From Squalus acanthias (Eukaryota), in contig JASTWF010000035.1 of the NCBI GenBank assembly GCA_030390025.1, positions 1,798,001 to 1,862,000 of the forward strand: a DNA stretch of 64,000 bases, in the 5' to 3' direction. Shown in pieces: positions 50,367-61,892 of this stretch. Position 1 is the stretch's first letter, and each line of letters starts with the position of its first letter. A model generated the notes under the pieces. The model saw only the letters and a list, made by a program, of their open reading frames with translations. It did no database searches and was not told where the DNA came from. Made by a program: the position numbers and the translations under genes.

Positions 50367-51800
50367 AGTGAGCACAGACGCAAGCATCGTCTGCATACTG
50401 TAATTCGACGACAGAGGATGGGACGACCTTGGATCTGGACTGGAGGCGACGGAGGTTGAACAGTTTCACGTTTGTTCAGTAAATTAGCTCCACTCCAGCG
50501 GGGAGCTTATTGAGGGTGAGATGGAGCATTGCAGCAAGGAAGATCGAGAAGAGCGTTGGTGCGATGACACAGCCTTGCTTGACCCTGGTCCGTATGTGAA
50601 TTGGGTCTGTGGTGGAACTGTTGGTCAGGATCACGGCTTGCATGTCGTCATGAAGCAGGCGGAGGATGGTGACAAACTTTTGAGGGCAGCCGAATTTGAG
50701 GAAGACACTCCATAATCCCTCATGTTTGACAGTGTCAAAGGCATTTGTGAGATCAAAGAAGGCCATGTACAGCGGTTGGTGTTGTTCCCTGCATTTCTCT
50801 TGTAATTGACGCTTGCGTCTGCGCTCACTCGGAGGTCGAACTCCAAACCATCATCAACACCTTCACCGAAGCGTACGAGAGCATGGGCCTTACACTAAAC
50901 ATCCGTAAGACAAAGGTCCTCTGCCAACCTGGCCCTGCCACACAGTACTGCCCCCCGATTATCAAAATTCACGACAAGGCTTTGGACAACATGGACCACT
51001 TTCCATCCCTCGGGAGCCTACTGTCAACAAGGGCAGACGTCGATGACGAAGTCCAACACCGCCTTCAGTGAGCCAGTGCAGCCTTCAGTCGCCTGAGGAA
51101 GAGAGTGTTTGAAGACCAGGACCTCAAACCCAGCACCAAGCTCATGGTTTACAGAGCAGTAGTAATACCCGCCCTCCTGTATGCTTCAGAGACATGGACC
51201 ATGTACAGCAGGCACCTCAAAGCACTGGAGAGGTACCACCAACGCTGCCTCCGCAAGATCCTGCAAATCCATTGGCAGGATAGGCGCACCAACGTCAGTG
51301 TTCTCGCTCAGGCCAACATCCCCAGCATCGAAGCTTTGACCACGCTCGATCAGCTCCGATGGACGGGTCACATTGTCCGCATGCCCGATACGAGACTCCC
51401 AAAACAAGCGCTCTACTCGGAGCTCCGACACGGCAAGAGAGCCCCAGGTGGGCAGAGGAAACGCTTCAAGGACACCCTCAAAGCCTCCTTGAAAAAGTGC
51501 AACATCCCCACTGACACCTGGGAATCCCTGGCCCAAGACCACACAAAGTGGAGGAGAAGCACCCGGGAAGGCGCCGAACACCTCGAGTCTCTTCGCCAGG
51601 AGCAAGCGGAAGCCAAGCGCAAGCAGCGGAAGGAGCGCACGTCAACCCAAGCACCCCACCCACCCGCCCCTTCAACCACCGTCTGCCCCACCTGTGACAG
51701 AGACTATAGGTCCCGCATTGGACTCATCAGTCACCTGAGAACTCATTTTTAATGAGGAAGCAAGTCATCCTCGGTTCCGAGTGACCGCCTAAGAAGAAGA
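50367..51800 (+). mobile_element. RTE LINE (same family as 39071-45326), 5'-truncated with an inverted 5' segment (50367-50808 on - strand)
   Basis: The - strand segment encodes QLQEKCREQHQPLYMAFFDL...KQGCVIAP...[14 protein letters not shown]. The + segment runs from DACVCAHSE to the zinc finger and (AAG)n tail. TSD AGATATCTCG at 50357-50366 and 51801-51810. Confidence 0.93.
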
Positions 51801-52009
51801 AGATATCTCGGAAGGTTACAGAACAGCTCGAGTCATTTTTCACATCACTGTTCAGGTTACATGGGCACTAATCCAATTGTGGCCAGCTGTACACCTTCAT
51901 TCTTTCAGGATGGAAATGCCTCCCTGAGCTGTGTGGGAATATTGATAAGGCTGATAGAAATGCTTGAGGTGCTCCATTTATTATCCTGACCCAGTACAAA
52001 TGAGACATC

Positions 52010-52225
52010 GACACCTCCCAAAACCGGGACCTCCACCATCTAGAAGGACATGGGAGAAAGTGCTTGGAAGCACCATCACTTCCAACTTTCACTCCAAATC
52101 ACACAACATCCCGACTTAGACATCAATTGCCGTTCCTTCATTGTCGCTGGGTCAAAATCCCGGAATTTCCTCCCAAACAGCACTGTGGGAGTACCCTCAC
52201 TACATGGACTGTAGTGGTTAACGTC
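52010..52225 (+). mobile_element. Degenerate LINE 3' region, probably the second family
   Basis: GCCGTTCCTTCATTGTCGCTGGGTCAAAATCC...AACAGCACTGTGGGAG resembles recurrent shark LINE 3' sequence (recognised from memory, not searched). Confidence 0.5.
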
Positions 52226-52374
52226 TAACCCGTTAACGGTTAACTCGGTGCATATGCTCATCACAAAATTATGTCAAGAAGATTAAAAAACTGCTCCATG
52301 TAAGGTAAACGGATAAGACAGAGCTTGGAACTAAGCGCGGCTGTATTTATCACAACGTATAGCAGAGGCAGGTT

Positions 52375-52781
52375 GCATAAACGTGGCTTGTATCTCTTAA
52401 TTTTAGAAGATTGAGGGGTGATCTGATTGAGATGTTCAAGTTGATTAAAGGATATGATAGGGTAGATAGAGAGAAATCTAGTGGGGCAGTCCAGAACAAG
52501 GGGGCATAACCTTTAAATTAGAGCCAGGCCGTTCAGGGGTGATGTCAGGCAGCACGTCTTCACACAAAGGGTAGTGGCAATCTGGAACTCTCTCACCCAA
52601 TAAACTGTTGAGGCTGGGGGTCAATTGAAAATTTCAAAACTGTGATTGATAGACTTTTGCTAGGGTATTAAGGGATATGTAACCAAGGCGGGTAAATGGA
52701 GTTGAGATACAGATCAGCCATGATCTAATTGAATGGCGGAACAGGCTCGAGGCGTTGAATAGCCTCCTCCTGTTTCTATGT
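52375..52781 (+). mobile_element. Degenerate CR1 3' fragment
   Basis: TTTAGAAGATTGAGGGGTGATCTGATTGAG...AGAACAAGGGGGCATAAC...GATCAGCCATGATCTAATTGAATGGCGG tail. Confidence 0.85.
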
Positions 52782-53089
52782 CCACACTGGCACAGCATTG
52801 TTTGCTCCGCTCACTTCATGCCACTTGGCCAGGGTTTCCATAGAGTCAATGACTACATTTCATCATTCAAGCGAATCTTCAGTGTGTCCTTGTAGCACCT
52901 TTGGTACTCGTTAAACCAAACTTTCTTTACCCAGGCAGTGTGTAGTACAAATGTGTTTAATGCATTTCCCGTATGTTGTGTGTGCCTTCCATTTCATAAC
53001 TTTATGCTACTTCTAAGTGTTTCCCCAATGGTAGGAGGAAATGAGGTGCATGGCTGCTGCATGTTTCTACCTCCAGGGCTGGAGATATT

Positions 53090-53462
53090 CCTTTTTTTTA
53101 TTATTCATTCACGGGATGTGAGTGTCGCCGGCAAGGCCGGCATTTATTTCCCATCCCTAATTGCCACCATTTCAGAGGGCAGTTAAGAGTCAACCACATT
53201 GCTGTGGGTCACATATAGGCCAGACCGGGTAAGGACGGCAGATTTCCTTCCCTAAAGGATATTAGTGAACCAGAAGGGTTTTTATGACAATCTGGTAGTT
53301 TCACGGTCACCATTACTGATACCAGCTTTTTATTCCAGATTTATTTAATTAACTGAATTTAAAATCCCCAGCTGCCGTGGTGGGATTTGAACTCAGGTCT
53401 CTCCGATATTAGTCCAGGCTGACTAGATTATTAGTTCAGTAACATTATCATTATGCTGCCTT
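53090..53462 (-). mobile_element. tRNA-derived SINE
   Basis: The - strand begins GGCAGCATAATG..., contains a B-box-like GAGTTCAAATCCC, and ends in an A-rich (GAATGAATAATAAAAAAAA) tail. Confidence 0.65.
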
Positions 53463-53584
53463 ACCCTCTTGAGCTGGGTCAATGGATGTTAGCACAGGGA
53501 TCGATGTGTCTATCACTTGATTTTAAAAATTGGGGGTTGAGGTCGAGGTGTTTAAAATGATAAAGGGATTTGATAGAGCACCAA

Positions 53585-53930
53585 AGAATCATAGAATAAT
53601 GCAGCACAGAAGGAGGCCATTCAGTCCATTGTGCCTGTGCTGGCTCTTTGAAAGACCTATTCAATTAGTCCCACTCACCTCCCCTTTCTCCATAGGCCTG
53701 CAAATGTTTTCCCTTCAAGTATTTTCCCAATTTCCTTTTGAAAGTTATTATTGAATCCACTTCCACCGCCCTTTCAGGCAGCGCATTCCAGATCACAACA
53801 ACACGTTGCATAAAAAAAATTCTCCTCATCTCCTCTGGTTATTTTGCCAATTACTTTAAATCTGTATGTTTTGGTTACTGACCCTTCTGCCAGTGGAAAC
53901 AGTTTCTCCTTATTTACTCTATCAAAACCC
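53585..53930 (-). mobile_element. CR1 3' fragment
   Basis: GFDRVNKEKLFPLAEGSVTKTYRFKVIGK on the - strand, with a tail at 53585. Confidence 0.8.
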
Positions 53931-54319
53931 CATTGGCTCGTCTGTCGAGCTGTTGGAGGTGTTAGGCCGTCAGCCAGCATTGATTCACCTCAGAGGCTAA
54001 ACTTGACCAAGGTGTTAGGCCGTAGCCACCTCGGGGAAGCCTTCGCCCCAAACTGCCTGATTTCCTCTCTCGGTCGTCTGTTTTTATACCTTATTTCGAT
54101 GGGCTGGTGGATACCTGGTGTCAATCATTTTTACCCATCCCATCATCCAATTATAAGGGAGAGGCTACCTATGACAGCCCCCTCCCAGCCTCATGAGGTC
54201 ATTTTCCTCCTTATCTCTGTTCTAAAGGTCTTGTTCCCCTCTCATAGACAGCTTGTTTATCCTACAGCTCCTTGCTGCATCCCTTATCAGGCCAAGCTCT
54301 CTGTACAGTTATTTTTCTG

Positions 54320-54625
54320 ACATCTAAGGATAAGGGGTAAGCCATTTAGGACAGAAATGAGGAAGAATTTCTTCACCCAGAGAGTGGTGAACCTGTGGAA
54401 TTCTCTACCACAGAAGGTAGTTGAGGCCAAGTCATTAAATATATTCAAGAATGAGTTAGATATATTTCTTAAAGCTAAAGGTATCAAGGGATATGGGGAG
54501 AAGGCAGGTACAGGGTACTGAGTTTGGATGATCAGCCATGATCTCATCGAATGGCGGAGCAGGCTCGAGGGGCCGAATGGCCTACTCCTGCTCCTATCTT
54601 CTATGTTTCTATGTATGTTTCTATG
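54320..54625 (+). mobile_element. CR1 3' fragment
   Basis: LRIRGKPFRTEMRKNFFTQRVVNLWNSLP-coding sequence followed by a single tail module and (TTTCTATG)n. Confidence 0.9.
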
Positions 54626-54699
54626 ACTGGAATCTTTCTGTGTCATCAACTTAGGCAAACTGCTGATCTAGGGAGCCTGTAACAGACTATTATTTCTTT

Positions 54700-55470
54700 C
54701 AATCCATGATTTCTTACACCTCCGCGATTTCCAACCTCAATTCCCTCAGCATCCTAGGATGCATCCCGTCCGCTCCTGGTGATTTATCTACTTTAAGTAC
54801 AGCCAGTCTTGACATACTTTCTAAATTGTGGTGCCCAGAATTGGACGTAATACTCCAGCTGAGGAGGTTTTGCGTAACTTCCTTGCTGTTGTATTCTATG
54901 CCTCTGATTAAAAAGCCAAGGATCCTGTATGCCTTTTTAACAGCCTTCTCAACATGTCCTGCCACCTTCAAAGATTTATGTACGTACACCCCAGGTCTCT
55001 CTGTTCATGCACTCCCTTTAAAATTGTATCATTTAGTTTATATTGCTTCTCCTCATTCTTGCTACCAAAATGCATCCTTTCACACTTCCCTGCGTTAAAA
55101 TTCATCTGCCTTGTGTCTGCCCATTTCACCAGTCTATGTCCTCCTGAAATCTATTACTATCCTCCTCGCTGCTTACTACATTTCTGAGTTTCATGTCATC
55201 TACAAAATGTGCCCTTTATACTCAAGTCCAGGTCATTAATATATATCAAACAGAACAGTGGTTCTAGTCCCGACCTGTGGAGGACACCACTGGATACTTC
55301 CCTCCAGTCTAAAAAACAACCGTTCTGCTTTCGGTCACTTAGCCAATTTAGTATCCATGCTGCCACTGCGCCTTTAATCCCATTGGCTTCAATTTTTCTA
55401 ATAAGTTTATTATGTGGTAAACGCCTTTTGACATCAACTGCACTACCCTCATCAACCCTTTCTGTTTCAT
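54700..55470 (-). mobile_element. Old, internally deleted CR1 RT fragments
   Basis: VHKSLKVAGHVEKAVKKAYRILGF and DKSPGADGMHPRMLREL on the - strand. Confidence 0.7.
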
Positions 55471-55779
55471 ATGAAAATGTGATTGGCCTATTTCATCTTT
55501 TCACACCAGGAACAACTTTGGAAGAGTTTATAGTTGTGTATTTGGTAATGCACCTCATGGGAGCACACCTAAATAATATAGATTAATCTCTGTGGCCTAG
55601 AAATTTGTGGCTGCCACGAAAGTTGCCGGTGTCACTGTGGCCTCGGGTTAACAGCCTCTGAAAATGGTCGCGGCAGTAGGAGAGAAAAATTCGCGCTGGG
55701 GACTGGAGATTTTTAGCCCAGCTCTAACTCACTGAGTAACACCCTCCTGGTGGCGTTAGTGCAGGCATCGGCAGCGAAG

Positions 55780-56065
55780 TTTACACAGGATTACATGGGA
55801 TATACGGCACAGAAACAGGCCATTCGGCCCAACCAGTCCATGCCGGCGTTTATGTTCCACTCGAGCCTCCTCACGTCTTTCCTCATCTAAATCTATCAGC
55901 ATAACCCTCTATTCCCCTTTCCCTCATATGTTTGTCCAGCCTCCCCTTAAATGCATCTCTACTATTTGCTACAACCACTCCCTGTGGTAGGAGTTCCACA
56001 TTCTCACCACTCTTTGGGTAAAGAAGTTTCTTCTGAATTCCCTATTGGATTTCTTGGTGGCTATT
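55780..56065 (-). mobile_element. CR1-type 3' tail fragment; a shorter relative lies at 49580-49636
   Basis: TACGGCACAGAAACAGGCCATTCGGCCCAACCAGTCCATGC is shared with ~49596-49636; CTCACCACTCTTTGGGTAAAGAAGTTTC is also present. Confidence 0.75.
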
Positions 56066-56067
56066 TC

Positions 56068-57719
56068 TTGGAGATTTACCAGAATGGTTCCGGGGATGGG
56101 GGATCTTAGCTACAAGGACAGATTGGAGAAGCTGGATTTGTTTTCATTAGAGCAAAGGAGGTTGAGGGGTGATTTGATAGAGATGTACAAGATTATGACG
56201 GGTTTGAATAGGCTAGACGGGGAAAGGCTGTTCCCACTAGTTGATGGTACAAGGACTAGGGGACACAGATTTAAGTTTTTGGGCAAGTGATTCAGTAACT
56301 AGTGGTGTTCCACAGGGGTCAGTGCTGGGTCCCCAACTCTTCACAATCTATATTAACGATTTGGAGGAAGGGACCAAGTGTAACATATCAAAATTTGCAG
56401 ATGATACAAAGATGGGAGGGAAAGTAGTGAGTGAGGAGGACATAAAAAACCTGCAAGGGGACATAGACAGGCTAAGTAAGTGGGCAGAGATTTGGCAGAT
56501 GGAATACAACACTGGAAAGTGTGAGGTGATGCACTTTGGCAGGAAAAATCCTAGAGCAATTTATTATCTTAATGGCAAGAAACTGGAGAGTACTGAAGTG
56601 CAAAGGGATCTGGGGGTCCTGGTGCACGAAACTCAAAAGGTTAGTATGCAGGTGCAGCAAGTGATTAAGAAGGCAAATGGAATGTTGGCTTTCATTGCTA
56701 GGGGGATAGAATATAAAAATAGGGAGGTATTGCTTCAGTTGTACAAGGTATTGGTGAGACCGCACCTGGAATACTGCATACAGTTTTGGTGTCCTTACTT
56801 AAGGAAAGACATCCTTGCTCTCGAGGCAGTGCAAAAAAGGTTCACTCGGTTAATCCCGGGGATGAGGGGGTGGTCATATGAGGAGAGGTTGGGTAGATTG
56901 GGACTCTACTCATTGGAGTTCAGAAGAATGAGAGGCGATCTTATTGAAACATATAAGATTGTGAAGGGGTTGGATCGGGTGGATGCGGGGAGGATGTTCC
57001 CGATGACGGGTGAGACGAGAACTAGGGGACATAGTCTTAGAATAAGGGGCTGCTCTTTCAAAACTGAGATGAGGAGGAACTACTTCACTCAGAGGGTGGT
57101 AGGTCCATGGAATATGCTGCCACAAAAAGCTGTAGAAGCTACAACATTAATTAAATTTAAAACAGAAATAGACAGTTTCCTAGAAGTAAAGGGCATTAAG
57201 GGTTACGGGGAGCGGGCAGGAATTTGGACATGAGTCTAGGTTCGGATCGGTCATGGCCCTGTGGGTAGTGGAGCGGGCCCAGGGACTGTGTAGCCTGATT
57301 CTGCTCCTATTTCGTGTGTGCAATTCTGTTAGATGCAGGAGATGGTTCTGTGATAGATAGTAGATTGGCGGTTAGGATCAGATCAGCCATGATCTTATTG
57401 AATGGCGGAGCAGGCTCGAGGGGCCGATTGGCCTACTCCTGCTCCTATTTCTTATGTTCTTATGTTCTTATGTAGGGGATGTGAGGGAAAACTTGTCTAC
57501 GCAGCGAGTGGTGAGGACCTGGAACTCGCTGCCGACGGAAGTGGTGGAAGTGGAGGCACTCAATGTTCTCAAGGGGAGACTGGATAGGCACTTGAGGGAA
57601 ATAAACTTGCAGGGCTACGGGGCTAGAGCGGGGGAATGGGACTGACTGGATTGCTCTACAGAGAGCCGGCACAGACTCGATGGGCTGAATGGCCTCCTTC
57701 TGTGCCGTTATGACTCTAT
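56068..57719 (+). mobile_element. Older CR1 3' fragment (56068-56288 plus 57474-57719) split by a younger CR1
   Basis: RFTRMVPGM...TRGHRFKFLGK continues after the insert as GDVRENLSTQRVVRTWNSLP...GYGARAGEWD. Confidence 0.82.
56292..57473 (+). mobile_element. Young CR1 3' fragment with a doubled 3' module, related to 35505-38213 and 61893-64000
   Basis: Open frame from SVTSGVPQGSVLGP through FADD to the stop at 57233; (TTCTTATG)3 tail. Confidence 0.95.
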
Positions 57720-58261
57720 GGGGGAAAAATTCGGTTGCTTTGCGCCTCCCGTTAGCGCCCTAAGAGGGCGCTAATGGGGTGCAAAGCAACTAGTGCCCGG
57801 GCGCGGCGCCGCCAACTCCTCCCGCGAAATTCAGCGGGAGGTTAGCAGCGACGGTAACCATTAGCGCCCCATGACGCTGCGCCGTCATCGCCGTGTGCAG
57901 CGCCCCGACTTACTGCCAGATGCTATGTCCGACGGAGTCAGGGGGGCCTACCTGTGGCAGGGGCGGCACTATTTAAAGGCGAGGCGCCGGGCGGCCATTT
58001 TTGTTGCTGGCCGCCTGCCAGCACCTGCCTCCGCTGCCATCCCCGGCAGGCTGACCCGCCCCCCTGCGGAGTGCCGGCTTCCAAGAGAAGTGCCGGGCTC
58101 TTTTGCCGGCACTCCGATCCCCAGTGGCCCAACCGGGCCCCGGGTCGTGCTGCGCAAGGCCCCTCTCCTTTAAGAAGGGGAGGAAGGCCTGCAATACCGT
58201 GGTGCGACTGCGGCACGTAGCACCATGATATTTCCTCGCAGCGCCCCAAGAGGGAGGCGGG

Positions 58262-58425
58262 TCTCAAGACTGAGATCGATAGATTTTTGAATATTAAGGG
58301 AATCAAGGGATATGGGGATAGTTCAGGAAAGTGGAGATGAGAGAGAAGATCAGCCATGATCTTATTGAATGGCGGAGCAGGCTCGAGGGGCCAAATGGCC
58401 GACTCCTGCTCCTATTTCTTATGTT
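58262..58425 (+). mobile_element. Short CR1 3' tail
   Basis: AAGACTGAGATCGATAGATTTTTG...GATCAGCCATGATCTTATTGAATGGCGGAGCAGGCTCGAGG...TTCTTATGTT. Confidence 0.85.
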
Positions 58426-58533
58426 CCGCAGGCGGATGATTCCATCCCGATATTCCGACCAGAAAGGGGCTGTCTGGGTTGCATCCTTCCTTCTGCTTCC
58501 TCCTCTTCTGCTTCCTCCTCTTCGACTTCTTCC

Positions 58534-59221
58534 TAGAATCATAGAATCATAGATATTTACGGCACAGAAGGAGGCCATTTGGCCCGTCGTATGTGTGTTG
58601 GCCGAAAAAGAGCAATCCCGCCTAATCCCACTTTCCAGCTCTTGATCCTTGGCTTTGTAGGTTACGGCACTCCAAGTGCAGATCCAAGTACTTTTTAAAT
58701 GTGATGAGGGTTTCTGCCTCCACCACCCTTTCAGGCAGTGAGTTCCAGACCCCCACCACCCTCTGGGTGAAAAAAGTTCTCAACTCCCCTCTAAACTGCC
58801 TACCAATTAGTTTAAATCTATGCCCCCTGGTTATTGACCTCTCTGCTAAGGGAAATAGGTCCTTCCTATCCACTCTATCTCGGCCCCTCATAATTTTATA
58901 AAACTCAATCAAGTCTCCCCTCAGCATCCTCTGTTCCAAAGAAAACAAACCCAACCTATCCAATCTTTCCTCATATCTAAAATTCTCCAGAGTCTCAACA
59001 TCCTCATAAATCTTCTCTGTACCCTCTCTAGTGCAATCACATCCTTCCTGTAATGTGGTGACCAGAACTGTACGCAGTACTCTAGCTGTGGCCTAACGAG
59101 TGTTTTATACAGTTCAAGCAAAACCACATTGCTCTTATATTCTATGCCTTGGCTAATAAAGGAAAGTATCCCGTATGCCTTCTTAACCACCTTATCTACC
59201 TGTCCTGCTACCTTCAGGGAT
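58534..59221 (-). mobile_element. CR1 3' fragment inserted into a pyrimidine-rich repeat
   Basis: SLKVAGQVDKVVKKAYG...LYKTLVRPQLEYCVQFW...TRGHRFK on the - strand; (ATTCTATG)-type tail at 58534. Confidence 0.9.
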
Positions 59222-59422
59222 CTTCGGCTTCTTCCTCTTCTGTTTCTTCCTCTTCTGTGTCTCCCACTTCTTCGTCTTCCTCTTGTGCTTTCTCCTCTAC
59301 TGCTTCTTCCTCTCTGGCTTCTTCCTCTTCTGTTTCTTCCTCTTCTGTTTCTTCCTCTTCTGCGTCTTCCTCTCCTGCCTCTTCCTCTCCTGCCTCTTCC
59401 TCTCCTGCCTCTTCCTCTTCCC
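59222..59422. repeat. Pyrimidine-rich ~15-bp low-complexity repeat (CTTCTTCCTCTTCTG-like); also at 58485-58533
   Basis: Read directly; present on both sides of the CR1 insertion. Confidence 0.9.
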
Positions 59423-59510
59423 ACTGTGAGCAGCTGCTGTAAATCTGAAATAAAAGCAGAAAATACTAGAACTACTCAGCAGGTCCAGCAGCATCTCAAA
59501 CTGAGACATG

Positions 59511-60359
59511 GGGCTGGATTTTGAAGTTGGAGTCATGTTGGGGTCGGGAATCACACATTCTGGCTTATGAACCCGCCTCCATCGAGATGTGGCCAACCCA
59601 CTGTATTTTCCCTTGATTGACCTTGTTGAGCCCGCCCAGTGGGCTCAGCAGGCCAATTAAAGGCCACCCGGCAACAGGTGACGTCACAGACTGACATTTC
59701 ATCTGTCAAGAGCTTTTGACAGATGAAATATCAGCATTTGACAGCTCTGTGAAGCTGTCAAACACTCACAATATGATTTCTAACTTCAGTCCTTCCTTTC
59801 AGGCTAAGTTAGAAATCATTCCAGCACAGAAAACAGAAGGCTGCTGTTTTTGACAGGTCCACGGCTTTCCTGCTTTCTGTGCCGGTGAGATTTCTAACTC
59901 CCGAGAACTGAAGGGCTGACACCTGCAGGAGGAAGTTAAGGTAAGTAAAACTTTTTCCAACACTTAGTACTTATCTTACACACTTACCTCTGCACACATG
60001 CACCCATCACTCACCAGCCCACCGGACATATCGACCCCTCCAACCCCTGCAGACCCACGGCCCGACCCGATAACTTGGCGTGGTTGCCACCTGTCGGGAA
60101 GCCCACACTTTTCATTTTAAAATAGGGATTATGCAAAAAACTGCCTGTTAACTACCTGTTAACAGGCAGTTAATTGTCACGAATCCCTTCCCCCCTCGGG
60201 GAGTCGGGTCTCAGACCAGGTTGGGTACCCGCCGCCAGAGAAACTGGCATGGAGGCGGGTTGGAGTCGGGATGGGGTCGGGACCCCCGAATCTGCAACTT
60301 TAACCCCCCCCCACCGCCGCCTCCAAACCCGACTCCACGGGTCATTGAAAATCCAGCCC
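59511..60359. mobile_element. MITE / non-autonomous DNA transposon, PIF-Harbinger-like
   Basis: TIRs GGGCTGGATTTTGAA and TTGAAAATCCAGCCC (14/15 match), ATG on both flanks (3-bp TSD), internal hairpins at ~59691-59762, no credible ORF. Confidence 0.72.
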
Positions 60360-60904
60360 ATGAACTCTGTTTCTCCACGGATGTTGCTTGACCTGCTGAG
60401 TATTTCCAGCATTTTTGTCTTCTCAGAGGCCTTCCTTTACCACCGGAGGCCTTGCAAGCATCCAGCAGCACTCCCTGCACACTTAAAAAACTTTTAACAT
60501 GTATTGCAGCAAGCCACTACTTCAATAAAATCAGAAAAATCCAATCCAAAAGCTTAAATGCAAACCTACCTGAAAGATGTGTGTGTCCCTTTAAGAGATG
60601 CTGACAGCGCCTCGGTCAGTCAGCTGACTGCTGGGTTTTCATGGCGAGCTTCGGACCCAGTGCTGACCTCAGCGTGAAAGTCCAAGTTCGGCGAGGTGAC
60701 GTTAAGTTGGCGTGACGTCACCGCTCTCTAATTTAAATTTGCAGGGCCATCGCTCTTACTGGCAGCGCTGCTGGGCATTGGAAAATGGCAGCCGCCGCGG
60801 GACCTGCCACCAGCTGGCGAGAGTGCGGCAGCCGCCCTCTTTTCGCTACACCTTGATGGTAACGGGTGGCGTAAAGCTCCCGAATTTTTAGCCCTTTATC
60901 TTTA

Positions 60905-61214
60905 GTCATCCAGGGAGCACCTGCTTGGAGGCCCTTCCTTTCCCCCTTGTGGGAATGTGTCTAGTCTGTACCCGAACTTGCTCCTCTTTGAAGGCCTCCC
61001 ATTGCTCATTCACTGTTTTACCTCCCAATCGTTGATTCCAATCAACCAGAACCAGATCCCCTTTCAAATCATTGATCAGAGACAGATAAACTATTCCTCT
61101 GGTGGGGGAGTCCAGAACAAGGGGGTGCAATCTTAAGATTAGAGCTAGGCCTTTCAGGAGTGAAATCAGGAAGTACTTTTTCACACTGGGTAGTGGAAAT
61201 CTGAAATTCACCCA
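60905..61214. mobile_element. Two small CR1 fragments in opposite orientations
   Basis: The - strand gives DWNQRLGGKTVNEQWEAFKEE...HIP; the + strand gives TCCAGAACAAGGGGGTGCAATCTTAAGATTAGAGCTAGGCC. Confidence 0.7.
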
Positions 61215-61892
61215 ACTGACACTCACACTCACGCTCACTGACACTGACAGACACTGACAGACACTGACACTGACAGACATTGACACTGACAGACACTGAA
61301 ACTGACAGACACTGACACTGACACACATTGACACTGACAGACACTGAAACTGACAGACACTGAAACTGACAGACACTGACACTGACACTGACAGACACTG
61401 AAACTGACAGATACTGACACTGACACACATTGACACTGACAGACACTGACACTGACAGACATTGACACTGACAGACACTGACACTGACAGACGTTGACAC
61501 TGACAGACACTCACACTGACAGACACTGACACTGACAGACACTGACACTGACAGAAACTGACAGACGTTGACACTGACAGACACTGACACTGACAGACAC
61601 TGACAGACACTGACACTGACACACATTGACACTGACAGACACTGACACTGACAGACACTCACACTGACAGACACTGACACTGACAGACACTGACACTGAC
61701 ACTGACAGACACTGACACTGACACACATTGACACTGACAGACACTGACACTGACAGACACTGACACTGACAGACACTGAAACTGACAGACACTGACACTG
61801 ACAAACATTGACACTGACAGACACTGACACTGACAGACACTGACACTGACAGACACTGAAACTGACAGACATTGACATTGACAGACATTGAC
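61215..61892. repeat. Compound microsatellite of ACTGAC and AGAC units (e.g. ACTGACACTGACAGAC)
   Basis: Read directly; the source of the SVSVSVCQCQC ORFs. Confidence 0.97.

Larger units (their letters stand above)
57720..60894. mobile_element. Possible GC-rich non-autonomous DNA transposon remnant containing nested insertions
   Basis: GGGGGAAAAATTCGG at 57720 versus CCGAATTTTTAGCCC ending at 60894 (13/15 inverted match); CpG-rich interior at 57720-58260 and 60600-60890; no clear TSD. Confidence 0.35.

Noticed and set aside
52935..53186. Hydrophobic ORF after a CAG acceptor as the ADAM transmembrane exon
   Set aside because: The required phase-1 frame hits TAG within four codons, and the ORF runs into a SINE.
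58921..59424. Protamine-like RGRRR ORF and Leu/Pro- or Ser-rich ORFs
   Set aside because: A low-complexity pyrimidine repeat fused by chance to a CR1 frame.
59857..59946. Possible ADAM exon ending at AAG/GTAAGT
   Set aside because: It lies inside the TIR-bounded MITE and does not encode a transmembrane or ADAM-like segment.
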